Position numbers and translations under genes: made by a program | The notes under the pieces: model-generated | The model's input: only the letters and a program-made list of their open reading frames with translations | The model's database searches: none | What the model was told of the DNA's origin: nothing | In this document: positions 1 to 13,300 of the stretch, piece by piece | Numbering within the stretch: the stretch's first letter is position 1 | Layout of the letters: each line of letters opens with the position of its first letter | From: Leucoraja ocellata | Taxonomy: Eukaryota | NCBI GenBank assembly: GCA_036785375.1 | Contig: JAWMAR010000731.1 | Coordinates: 496,001-560,000 of the forward strand | DNA: 64,000 nucleotides | Reading direction: 5' to 3'

Positions 1-320
1 AGTAATCTTTTTTCCACAGTGGAAATTTCAAATATTGGAGGGCACAGATTTAAGGTGGGAGGAGGAAAGTTTAAACACGATTCATGTGACACATTTTTTT
101 ACACAGAGATTGGTAGGTGTCTGGAATATGCTGCCAGGAAAAGTAGAGGAAGTAGACATGACAGCAATGATTAGAAGACATTTATGTAAGACATGAATTG
201 GCAGGGAATGGAGGAATATAGATCATGTGCAGACAAATGTACAGTTTAACATGGCATCATGTGCGGCATAGCCATCATCGGCCAAAGGGCTTGATTCTGG
301 GCTGTACAGTTCTATGTTTT
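1..320 (+). mobile_element. CR1/HER1-type LINE 3' end fragment
   Basis: Similar to other CR1 tails in the window (ttttacacagag...tggaa; ggccaaagggc...ttctatgtt). Confidence 0.7.
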
Positions 321-908
321 ATCATCCCTTACTCTTGTAAATTAAAGAGAGTACAGATCTAGTCTAGTTAATTTCTCCTCATCTAACACAGTATCTTTGC
401 TGCAAGAATATCCAAAACTGCACGCAAGAATATCCAGATCTGCACATTTGATTGGGTTTTTTGAGATGATGATCTTCCATTTATATTACTGCAAATAGCA
501 TTTATTTTCTTAAGTAATAAATTTTGTAAACAGGCATCGTAGCAGAGCAATTATCTCAGACAGGATAAAAAGATAATTTGACGGCTTTTACAACTCTAAA
601 ACAGAAATGGAACATGCAAATAAATTAAATGAAGGCTGAGCAATTTTAGAAGACATGAACTTGACCAATTAAGGAAAAAAGTTTGATCTCTTTAACTGAT
701 TTGAAACTCGTTCATTTGGCTTCCTTCCTCTGATTGCCAGAAGCAGGTCCAGATTTTGCAAAAGGCAAGATGATCAATGTTCTGACATTTTTTAAACATA
801 GTAAAGTTCTGCAAATCAAATTCAGAAGAAAGTACTAGCGCGTTCCATTTCTCTGGTATTACATCCAGTAAGCAAATGGAATTTGCACAATTATACCTAC
901 AATAACCA

Positions 909-1093
909 TGTGTGTAGGAAGGAACTGCAGATGCTGGTTTGTAACGATGATAGACACAAAATGCTGGAGTATCTCAGCGGGACTGGAAACATCTCTGGAG
1001 AGTGGGAACCCGAGATCCGAAATGTCACCCATTCCTTCTCTACAGAGATGCTGTCTGGCCCGCTGAGCTACTCCAGCATTTTGTGTCTATCGA
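909..1093. mobile_element. Penelope-derived palindromic (inverted pLTR-like) insertion
   Basis: tagacacaaaatgctggag... and its reverse complement ...ctccagcattttgtgtcta form the two arms. Confidence 0.8.
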
Positions 1094-1132
1094 CATTAAC
1101 CCTGCTCAGCATGGTCGAGGGAAGAGACTGAC

Positions 1133-1387
1133 CTGGACTGCTCCTTCCGAAGTAGTGACCGTGATTTGCTCCGTCCATCTCTCTTATCGTGCGATCGGGA
1201 GCATGAGCGGGACACGGACCTACTGGAGCTCCTGGAGCTGCTCTTGCGCCGGGGGCTGTAGGAAGAGCTTTTCTTTTTGTCCGAGTTGTGGCTGCTGGGT
1301 TGTTCGTGCTTCCTTGGAGACCGGGTGCGGCTCTTGTTCCTGCTCGTGTAATGCCTTCGATGGTGACGACTTGAAGCATGCCTTAAC
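1133..1387 (-). CDS. srrm3: srrm3 exon (255 nt), RS-rich: LRHASSRHHRRHYTSRNKSRTRSPRK...SRSLLRKEQS
   Basis: Acceptor ctttggttttctaaag|, donor ag|gtcagt, phase 2-2, open RS-rich frame. Confidence 0.9.
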
Positions 1388-4300
1388 CTTTAGAAAACCA
1401 AAGAGATGTTCTTAATTTTTGTATTGTGATCTGACGAGCCTAGGACAATGGGGATATGAACAGATCTTCTGCCTCATCCAACTTTGCCTCTACATCTGTG
1501 CATTGTGCATCGCGGACACTCCAAGCAGAATTTTAATGGACTTGCATGTCCTGGATTCTCTAGGAAATAATTATTCATTTTCTGGACATTGTTGCACGCA
1601 AAAGGAAAGGTAGTGATGATATTAATAATGTGTTTTTTTCTGCACTTTTTGAACAGCAAAATACAGACAGTTCTGCGATAGTGTGATAGCTGCATTCCTG
1701 AGAATCTTTGCATTATAAAAACTCGAGCTATCAAAGCAATTATGTCAACAGGGATCAAGGGGTATAGTGTTTCAGATACCAAAGATTTTCAAATATAAAG
1801 TTATTTTTAATAGGTGTAAGTTTATTTATGTTACTGCAATTTGAAAATACTAAAGGCGGAATGTTACCCTTTTTATTAGAATATCCATAAGTGTCAATAA
1901 AAGCAAACATTTGTCCATTTCAATGAATACTGGTGGTGAATCGACAGACTGCATTCTTAAGAGACAATGGTATCTGATTATTGTGGGCAGGTGAAATGGA
2001 AGCAGTTTTCTCCTCCCTAGACTCTTTTTTTCCAAGCTTTACCGGCATGTCAATTTAAAATGCCTTTTAAGTAGTTCTCTAGTTCCTGGTCAAAATAGCA
2101 TTGTAACCAATTCCACCCAGGTAATAGAAATAGCGTTCCCTAATTCATCAATCTTGTCATACCTGATTCGCTTTGCAGAAGTATGTATTGTAGGATAATT
2201 TAAAATGCTGTAAGGCTGAATGCAGTGAGGCTTGGCAGAAATAACATCTAATTTCCAAGAGCACCTCTGCCTGAAGCAGGAAGCAATACTCAATAGCCAG
2301 GTGACAACTTGGGAGAGGTGAACACCTTGATCAAATAAGAAAACAAAAATCTTACTGTTTTATGAGTCTGAAATGAGTTCACTTGGCCATCTTCCTTTTA
2401 GAGATGAATGCAAGGTTAAACAGATGCATCTATTAAGAGTGGCAATCCACATTTACTATTGGACAACTGGGGTGAACAGCAAAGGTACACAAAAAAGCTG
2501 GAGAAACTCAGCGGGTGCAGCAGCATCTATGGAGCGAAGGAAATAGGCAACGTTTCGGGCCGAAACCCTTCTTCAGACTGATCGGGGGTGGGGTGAACAG
2601 CAAACACATTTGCCAATTGAGCTGCATTCACAATCTGGATACTTTGCTTTAAACGTAAAATCTCAACTTTCTTGAGATTGAGTTAGCTAAATTTTGGCCA
2701 GCTTTTTGAGATGCTGAATGGGTCATTCTTTTTACTGTGACTGCAATTTAAAAAAAAAGACAGATACAGCGTGGAAACAGGTCCTTCACTGCTCTTATGA
2801 AGGGACAATTATTGGTAAAATCAGTCAATGGTGGCTTTGTTGAGGATTCTACAAAATTCCTGCAGCAATTTCCTCAACACTTATCTTTTGTATAAAGCAT
2901 GACTCTAACCAGTACATTTTTGATTCATATTGGCCAGTTTGACCAGAGCACTTCATGAAAGTATTTAAACTTTTCACACTGGCCGCAATGCCTTCACAAC
3001 ACCTTAAATAATAAAAATCAGGCATGAATCGAACACAAAGGAGTTTCAACAAAATGAAACCCAAACTCACAGGAGTGCTTATAAATAGTGTATCCTGCCT
3101 TTGGTTGAATAACTATGTGTTGTGGTTACATTTCTGCTAAGCTTGCTTTAATGAAGAAGAATATGATAACATAGACAGAACGTGGGTCACTGCAAGGTGG
3201 TATGAATAATTACATGATTGTATGGTGACTGTCTGGATATAAAAGTCTAGAAAATGGATTTGAACCATTTTTGGTGATCTCAGTTATGCTCTAAGATTAC
3301 ATGGATGTTATCCAACAAATAAAATCTGCTTACAAGGAAGCGTATCAGCATTGTTAAAGAGCTCACGCTACACCAATCACACAGGCTGCCATGTGTAAGA
3401 GGGAAAAGAGAAGACAGAAAATCTGCATAGGGGAGGGGGGGGGGGGGCAGCGCAGAGAATGGGATGGGGAAAACAGAGAAACAAGACTGAAATCAAGGGA
3501 GGAAAGTGGAAATCGTGGGGCCAGGATGGGAAAATAATTTCAAATGAAAGCGTTATGGAGCTGCTGATTGGGCTTCATGTTATATTCACGCCCCAAACTG
3601 CACATAATTATTGGGACTAGCATTTATCACTGTTGACCACCTGCTAAAGGGCAGCATGCATTAATCAATGTGGCTCCCCCTCTCTGTGTGTTGTACTTTT
3701 TGTTTTGCTGTGATACACAAACATCATAGGCCACAGCCTTGCTATTCAATGTCTGTCAGTGAGTCATAAGATGAATGTTAATGATTTCATAGCATGTGAA
3801 ATATGATGGAAAATGACACTTGGAGGGTGAATCATGACAGGAAGTGAATAACTTACGCACATCGTACAGACTGCAGGTAGCCACAGATGTTTATTTTCTA
3901 AACCAATTTCCAAGATAAGTTTGTCAATGGACTGCAGTTTCACCAATACTAAGAGGTTGCATTTTGGGTGCCAGGTCAATTTATTGGTATTAAGGGAATC
4001 GAAATGTGGTTATAGCTACATTTCCATTCCGTCATGTCCAATAACCCAGAAAACCAGATTTGTAACCTGAAGTACAGGTTCCATGGAGGGGAGGAGTACT
4101 TTGGGGCATGTCAACACTGAATTACCTAAAAATGGGTGGACAAAAATTTACGACAGCTGTGGATGCAGAATATGAAGACCGTGTCTTTTTAAAAGCAGAA
4201 AAATAAGAGAGGACTAACTTCTTTGCTCGTGTGCTTTTACTCCGGCCTGACGTATGACGCGATCGTGACCGACTGCCGACACTTCCCGCAGAGTCACTGC

Positions 4301-7300
4301 TGAAGTCCGATTGACTTGGAGAGCGAGAAGATACTTTGTGAGCCGGCAGGATCGACTTCCGTCGGCTTGAGCCTCTGTGAGTGGATGCTGATCTTGACCT
4401 GGGTTTTGCGTTTCTTCCCTCAGTGGAGGACCTCCTGCTGTGGCCGGGAGATTTGGACCTGAAACTCCTGGAGTTATGCTTCGAGTGTTTGCCTTCCTTT
4501 GCCTTTGGCGACTTTGATGCAGACCTGGGCTCTGCTCCTGGGGACAATGACCTGGAGTCCGTGCTCTGCAGCAGGAGAAAAAGGCTAACCTTAAAAGAGA
4601 CCCTGACATATTAGCAACACCATTTTCCAATTCTTGCCATATCCCTATGACACAGCCTACGTCAATATTTTATCTAACACAGTCCTCTACAGTGCAGCTC
4701 ATGCAAGATTTTGCATGCAAACCAAAAACTAATTGAAAATAAAAACCTGGAATTGGAAAAAATAAATAAAGAGTCAACAAAAGTTTAAGAAGGAATAGAA
4801 TGGAAGAATAAATAAACTTTAAAAAGTGAGCTTAACAGGTTGCTGTAATTTTTGAGGAAAGGACAAGTTTTCTTACAATTCCTGGTTTAAAAAAAACAAG
4901 GTGAAGATAGACAACTTGACTGAACAGCACAGAAATGGAAGGCAAAAATTGAAAAAAATTCACAAATGTATTAATTATCACTCAAACAAAACTCGCTGAA
5001 TAAAACTGTTTTCTTTTTGTGCTTTTTCCTGCAGAGAACTGCTCATCTGTCATCAGCGACCCAGATTATTAATTTTTTTTGTACCCCCGTTTGGTTAACA
5101 TACACTTACCAATCAGGTAGCATTTCCTCCATTAGTAGGTAAGGTGTGAGGAAAAAGGGAAAAGCGGGGCAACATAAGTGCATCATTAGAGTCACAAAAT
5201 GCAAGAGAAAAAAAGACACAAAAAAGCCCTTTCCAAGTAGTGAAATATGAACAATGTATGAAATTAAGAATGTGCAAAGGAATTTTTTAATACTACAATA
5301 ATGCAACTGCTTCAATGCCTAAGTATTGATGCACTAAAATAAGGCCAGTCCGGAGTCTCTGGGCTACCGTCCACATTAGGGAAATATATGCACATGGATC
5401 ATCAGATTATACCTGTAAAGCTTAGAGCAGGAGGTTGTAAGAAGCAAGGTGAAATGCAGAATGTCTAACTATGCCTTAAATGCAGAAATGGGCCCCTCAG
5501 CCTCAGCGACCACTAAGACTTCTTCAGGGTTGAACAGCCAAAGGGAAACATTTTGTCGACAAGTTTCAGAGTTGAAGTTAACAATTGGAGTCCAAAATCG
5601 TATATTTTTATGTTCAATGTTTTTTTAATCGCAAAGCTATGTAGATTGGTTCAGGGCAATTTAATCGATCAAATCTTCTGAGTTTCCCCTTGATTCTGGA
5701 GAGGATAGAATATTGTTCTAGAAACCAGTCACTGCTATTTTCTAACCAGAATTTATGTTACTAAGATTAAACCATTCTCTACTAATTCTCCTAGTTAATA
5801 TGCCCTGGTTATAATTGTTGCCCTGACCCATATCCTCAAAGTTGGATTCCAGACGACATTGCAAGTTAATTGTTGAAATAACAAGGTTTTTTTCATTTTT
5901 GAAATGCTTCTATTTGTACAACGTATTTGTAAAATAAACCATCCCAAGATGCTTCATAAAGAATGTGGTTGAGTTGAGGTCTGACTGGTTTAACTGGGCC
6001 CAGCTTGATGATTTTGCACTGCCGATCTTAAGTCTGTGCCAGTTTCCAGATGTGTTTCTAGAATGTCAGCTTGGGGCCTTTCGTCTTCTATGTTAAAACT
6101 GTGGTCCATTATAAGTGACCCGATTTCCTTTCCCAAAAGGAAACATGCTGTAAACATTCAAACACCACACGTCCCAAAAGCCCTATTTCATCATAATAAC
6201 TCTACAACAACAACCATCAATTAGCTTAATTGTTAATTATGTTGATGGAAGATCCCAAATTACCTTCTGGTACAGTGATGTTCTGTGGTGGGCATGTTTT
6301 GCAGTGCCATCTTATGAAAAGCACAATATAAAGTGGTCAATACTTTATTTTTTTTTGGAATAATTAAAAAAATAAAAAATAATTTAACATTACGAATTAT
6401 CTGAGCAATAATTTATTTTTAAATTTTATTTCTCCATCAATTTCTTTTCAAGCCTTTAGAATAGCATAGGTGCAAGGAATATGTATTTAGGTTTCGATCA
6501 GTTGCAACTACTTAACTGGCACCAGCAAATGGGAGAGAACTAACACAGCTCCAAGTAACCCTCCCATCCACTATTGTACTGAATGTTCCTTGAATTACAG
6601 AATAAGAAGTGATGGTCTGGTGGCCTAATGCTGCCATTTTATATCGCATCAAATACTTTGGAATGGAAAAACAAGATGTTTATTTGTAAATTGTAAATCA
6701 TGATTCTTTTAAAAGAGATTACACATTGGAAATGTTTACCTATTCACTTGGCTTTCATTGGGTTTCAAAAGTGAATGGTTGCAAAATGACCCTATAAAAT
6801 TGAACTGGGATTGTACACACAAGAACATCAGAGCTTTCAGTGGGCAGGGATTATTGTTGTTGAAACACATCTAACTTGATTAACAAATTTCAACCTCACT
6901 TATTGATAACATAAAAGAAAGTGATTAAGAAATAACATTACAAAAACTATCTTAAAAATTGGAAAGCAGAATTGGTTTCAGGACTACTTGTAATGAGGAT
7001 TGTTTTGCTTTTCTATTCATTGTTCCCTGCCTTATCAGGAATCTATAATATTACAAGAGGTCAGGAGCTCCAGGCAGAAGCATAGATGCCTCTCCTGCTC
7101 TGGACCAAGTTCATGGGCAACGTTACAGAAATTCTTTTTGACCATTTTCATTTTCTCTCTCCCTAGAGACAGCATTTTGAATACTTGGTAATGTAGCAAA
7201 GCAACACCATTCCATGAGACCCATATCCTATTTGCTTCATCCTGGAGCTTTGATATCCGTTTAGTTAAACTGCATTATGAACACCTTTGGTCTCCCATAA

Positions 7301-10300
7301 TTTTCTTTCAAAGAAGTCAAAGTGTTCATTTAAAATCACTTAATTAAAAATAACTCCAACAGCTTCAAGACTTGATTGTAACCCAATTATGCACGGATTT
7401 CTTGACTTTATTGTGAAGCCACAAAGCAAAATACGAATCAAGGAAAAGGTATAAGAGGCAACCAGCCATGCATTTTAAGAATGCTGTCATCAGCAGCCTG
7501 AAAGCTTGCCCAAACATTCAAAGAAGATGTAAAAGGTGCTAAATAAATATTTGCTTTCCTAATAATCACATTTTCAAGGTAGAGTTGTATTTTCTCACTT
7601 GACACCAGAATAAGTACAAGAAGGTGAGGACAATGGGATGAATAAACCTCTGCCTGGCTCTATCTGTAATGATAGCTGGTGATCAAAGGTTATGAGGGAT
7701 GTTTATTATTGTCTTAACCTCACGTTTTGTTTTCTTTTTAAATGTATTACTCCTCTAGGATAGGACAAATCCAGTGTCGAAAACAGGGAATAGCTGGAAT
7801 AATAATTCTGCCTAATGTACTGGCAAAATACCCACACACTTTATACATACATTTGGTCTTTACTTTTTGAGATCTTTCCCTTGTTTAAATTTTCTATAGT
7901 TAGAGAAGAACAAACAACCACTATATTCAGGGTGCTACTACATATGTTAGTAAAGCGACTGAAAATAAGAGAAATAAAAGAAAATGGCTTAAAAGGCATC
8001 ATTCATGGATCAATGCTACAAACGACACACAGATATGCATCTTAACAACTCTAAAGAACATGAAGGTTAATAAAACACAAATTCAGAGCAGGGGGCTTAT
8101 GGGAGGATTAATAAATGAAGCAGAAGAACCAGAAAATTAAAAAAAAAATCAACCTATATAATAGAAATCAAATAGATTTAACTTCAAGCCAGGGTGCTTT
8201 AACAGACTCGTCTGCAGATGTGTTGCGTGCCAAGGCAAATAAATACCTACCTTTTAACCACTGATAGGAGTGCAATAATAAAAGAAAACAATATTCTCCA
8301 CAATGGAGTGCAGTATGGGAAAGAGACAGTGACTCTTTAGTAACGTGCCTTTTCACTTGATGCTAACTGTTAGTTTTTCCTCTTTTTTTTTTAATGCTCA
8401 AACATTGCAGCCATGATATTTCATTCGCAAAATGCTCAATAAAAGAAAACGTTTGTTAAACATAAAAGCCCATCTGCATGCATTGCAATTACATTACAAG
8501 ACAACTGGCTGAGGACAACAGAAGGTGCACATGGATCATATGCACATTGGGAAGCTCACAGGTGACAAAAAGCACACAGAGAGGGAAAGGAAGCTGTCGA
8601 TGAGAGAATGGGTGACACAACCAGAACACCTTATGGATACTTTCTAATAGGGAAAGTTAACTCTTTGAGAACTATTTAGCAAATGCTGTTGCCAACCTGA
8701 TCAGCATTTAGAAAACTATATGAGTTCCCAGGCTTGGAAATTGTCAACAGAGGTTTGTGCCATATTTAAGGGAGGTTCTTGGATACTCAGGACCAAAATT
8801 GTGCTATAATTGTAAACAAAATATGCAGACAGACAGTGAAAGGCAAGACTGAATGTAAAGATGCAGACTCCATGTGCTTTCCCTTCTCCTACACCTGGGT
8901 GGTGATCTGACAGTCAGCTGTTCGCTATTATGGAAACGGCTTGTGATTTGGTCAATAAACATATTGCCAGGGAAGATTTACGAAAGCATGTGATCACTCC
9001 TTCAAATGCCCACCTCGGCAATGGGAGTGAAAACACAGTTCATTGTGTTTCACCTGCTCCTCTTAAATGAACGTTTCCAACTAAAATTATACCAGTTGAT
9101 GAATAAAGCAAATTTGATGTTAAAAATTGTGAAGACACAGTACATTGAAATCTGCCTATTTTTTTTTCTGTACAAAAATGCATTGTGCCTAAGTGATTAT
9201 TCTCCATCATATCGAATGAAAGTGACAAATTAAATGATACAAGATTTGAATAAGTGGAGGCCAGGACTCGTCACTGATGACAACTGAACAGACACTATTA
9301 TCTAAGAATGGTACAAATTAAACCTTCTGATAAATTGGATAAATATTCTTAGTATATAGATGTTGCTGGCAAGGCTGGCTGTTATTGGTTTCTTTGCAAT
9401 AATGCTGGCGGACCACCTTGTTGATCAACTGTTCCCCATTCTTTGTAGTGATCTGGTACAAGTGGATTTTTACTAGGCCACATCAGAATGCATCTCACAG
9501 TCAATTAGACAGGGGATAGCAGTCTGACATTGTTCTGAACAGTTTAGTGTGTTATATTTCTTTCCGTTAAGGAACATTAGTGAACATGCATAGTCTCTAT
9601 TTTTACTGATAACTATATTAAGATGCATATTAATTGTAAATGATCTAACTGTGATGACACCTTACCTGGTTAGTGCAAGTACAACAAACACAAAGAAAGT
9701 CATTCTCTTCAAACTTGAAATTGGTGAGGTCTTTGTCAACCTGCTTTTAGTTTTATTCATCATAGCCCTCAACATTTTTATTTTAGCATCTTTGCTCGGT
9801 TTAATCAAGTTATATGTTAAATGACCGTTATTACTTAATGTAGCTAATCCCAATAATTTAATGAACAATGTCTAAGGTGTAAGTGATTTAGGTATTTGGT
9901 ATAATCTGAAAACTGATTTGCTGGACAATTATAATGCCATTTATGCAACAGGTACTTCAGTCAGTGGAAGTGAAAAGATAAAGGACATGTTCAGGCATTC
10001 ATGTCTATAATTAGTAAAAGCCGAACTGGTCAATTAAAACTCATTGATCAAGGTAAGTAATGCATCCAGTGTCATGTCAACTTCATTTTTCTGGTACAGA
10101 TTTGAAATTAATGCTAAACTGAATGTAAAAGCTGAAGGTGATATTATAAATCTTATATGTGGCATTATTTATTATCAATTTCTCAAAATACATCCCCAGC
10201 TAATGCTAATATTCCAACTTCCTCTCAGAATCCCTTTAATTTGTCTTCTCCAAATCAATGAACATTATTAACCTTTATCCAAATTTGCAGATCAGTAAAT

Positions 10301-13300
10301 TTGTTTTACATTAAATCAATTTCAGATAATTATTATTTGATTTCCTCTTAAAACAAGTGATTTGAAACAGTATTTCATGTGCTGACCAGTACAGAGAACG
10401 TGTTAAAAAAAATCATTGTTTTAACATGCACTTTAATGAACAAAACCTCTCTATTCTGCCCAGGTGCCATGCAATAAAACAAAAGCAATGATGTACATTC
10501 ATTTATAAAGAGAAGCAATAACAGTTTCACTTTTTATTTTAAATGGACATCGTAGCAACTTTTTGTATAGAGTTTAGTTTTGTATGAATAATGGTGTTAA
10601 ATTGAAATCGGAAGAAACTAAAACTGTGATGGCCTGAAAGGTAGTGATACAATGGAGACACGGGAGACTACAAGATGCTAGGAACTGGAGCAAAAACTTC
10701 TGGGGGGACTCAGTGGGTCAAGCAGCATCTGTGGAAGCAAGCTGACGGTTGACTTTATGAAAACCCTACATTAGGACTGAAATTATAGAGGGCACATAGC
10801 CAATGTGAAACAGTGAAAGGGAGGAATGAAACAGGGGCTGGTATGTGATAAATGGAGCCGGTGAAGTAGTGATTGATGGGCAGATGGAGGTGGAAGATGT
10901 AGTTTAGAGATGGTGGGTGGGTGATGGGTGGAAACAGTTAAAGGAAAAAACATTATGAGCAGGGGTGTGCGGGGTGGGGGGTGGGGGGTGGGGGGGAAGG
11001 TAGCACAAAGGCTGGAAAGTGATCAATGGAATGTGGGAGAGATGGTGGGCAGATTGTACCAGGTGGGAAAGGGAATAGGAAAGGAAGGCTAAGGAGGAAG
11101 AAACCAAAGTGGATAGAAGTGTGGGTGATGGTCAGATGGATCCAGGTAGCAGACGGTAACCAATCCAGGTAATGGGGCAGTGGGGTGTTAGAAGAGGTGA
11201 ACAAACGAGATAGAACCTAAGAGGACTGGAAGGAGTGGGAAAGGAACACTGCAATTAAGAATAGCCTAAAACTGGAAAATCCAATGTTGATACCACTGGG
11301 TTATTGGCTACTCAAGTGGAATAGGAAGAGTTGTTCTCAAAATTTGTGTTTCGCCTCACCATGGTCGTGGAGAAGGCCAAGGGCAGACACACAGGGCAGG
11401 AATGGGAAGGTGAGCTAAATGACATGCAACTTAAAGATCAAGATAGCTGTTGCCCCACAAAACAGTTGCCTAGTCAACGCTTGGTCTCACCGATGTCGAG
11501 GAGGCTGCATTGAGAGCACTATATGCAATGTTAAATACCTTAGTGAGCTATGTAAAGTGGAATGCATACTTTAAGATTGACAGGTCTTAAGTTTCTTACA
11601 AGGGGGGAGTCAGTTGTGTCCAGAGAATTAAACCAATGGGATGATATTACTGTATATGTTTCAGTTTGCTTTCTTATATACCAGTGTCGCATGGGGGCAA
11701 TTGCCACACCTACCATAGTGACATTAGATGCAGATTTCTCCTGGGGATTATAATGGCTACAAAGAATGTTTGTATTTCATGCATCGCAAAATCTACAAAA
11801 CCTTTAACACCCATTGAATGTTTTCATTGTACCACCCAGGTGATAGCCAGCTTTGTATCAGCAAAGCGAAACCAGTCCTAAAAGGGCTGAGCCACTTGGA
11901 TTTAAAACACATCACTCACAATAATCAATAACCGTTGGCTTACCTGTGATGCATAAAAGGAATAAAATGGATAGATACATTTCAGACAAAATTCTATTTC
12001 ATGGAAAAGCAGCAGTAATCATTCTTAATTGTTTGCTTCAATGTCATCCCGTGCAGATTCCCAATTTTATCCTTTCTCTTTTGTAGATTTTTACCTCCAA
12101 CTATTCCTGTTGATCAAGTGGATATGCTTCCATCTTTTTCAGGCCCTGATTAATGATCAGTCTGCTTTGGAACCAGGTAGATTTCAGAATAGGACATGCC
12201 AAAAATTCCAGCGAGATAACAAAAAACAGGAAATTTTGGAACAAAAGTCAGATACCATACCTGGTATGTAGAACCATTAATAATGAAATGTTGTGGCACT
12301 TTTTGTTATCTCTGCAGCAAAGCTCAAATGGGAACACAAAATCCACATAAAGTGTTCAAATTCCATGCTGACACACCCTTAAACCACAAGAACTGGAATG
12401 ATTATGAGTGGAAACTAATTTCTTGTACCCATGGACGAATATGCCATAGTTGTTACCATAAGGAAATGTGTGGAGGAGTGTGTTCCCACCAAGACTGAGT
12501 GTTTTCTTGAATTCTCTGGAATGCCAGATGCCTTGAATGAATTAGGAAATCCATCATATACTGAGGACCTGATAGGCGTTCAAATCTGGCTTCGCCGGTT
12601 CATATCAGAAAGGTTAAGATACATTTTTGCTTTGAACTGGAGGATTAGACAGACATTTGGCAGCTGTGGCAGGGCCCACATGTCATCACTTCCTGCAAGG
12701 GTAAACCGAGTGGTAGCCCAAACGGTAGCAAGGCATCACTGCTCATTGAACAAGCTCAATGCTTACTAGACTCACTTTGATAGATCGAGAACATCGATGC
12801 ACATTCTTATGCCACCAGAGCCTTTGATAGCAGTGTAATCACAGTCATCAAGGCCAACAATAGAGGATTCTTCATGAATATGAACCCTGAAAAAGCAACC
12901 GGCCCTGATGGTATTCCTGGTTACTTTCAAAAAGGGTCAACTAGCTGGAGTGTTTGTGGATATCTTCAACCCCTCATTCCTAAGTTTTGAGGGTCACATA
13001 TATGCTTTAAAAGGACATCAATAAAACCGGTGTGCAAGAAGAGTAAGGTGGCATGCCTCAATGATTGCTGTCCAGTGGCACAAATGTACGTAGTGATGAA
13101 GTGCTTTGACAGATTGGTTATGACATATATTAATTCCTACCTTATTAATGACATGGAACCATTACAATTCATCTACCACCACAATAGATCAATGGGGGAT
13201 GCTATCTCACTGGCTTGCCAGTCTATCACTGGAACACTTTGATAATAAGAGCACTTACTTTGTCAACATGGATGTTGTTCGTTAACTACAGCTTGGCATT

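Noticed and set aside
1002-1415. ORFs 1002..1415(+), 1068..1379(-) and similarly 4214..4630(-), 4381..4614(+), 18168..18446(+)
   Set aside because: Antisense or off-frame shadows of the GC-rich srrm3 exons.
2356-2429. Candidate exon ending at ca|gtaaga
   Set aside because: Stops in all three frames and a weak acceptor.
3857-3870. 14-nt microexon candidate cag|tctgtacgatgtgc|gtaagt
   Set aside because: Good donor but no pyrimidine tract; compatible with chance.
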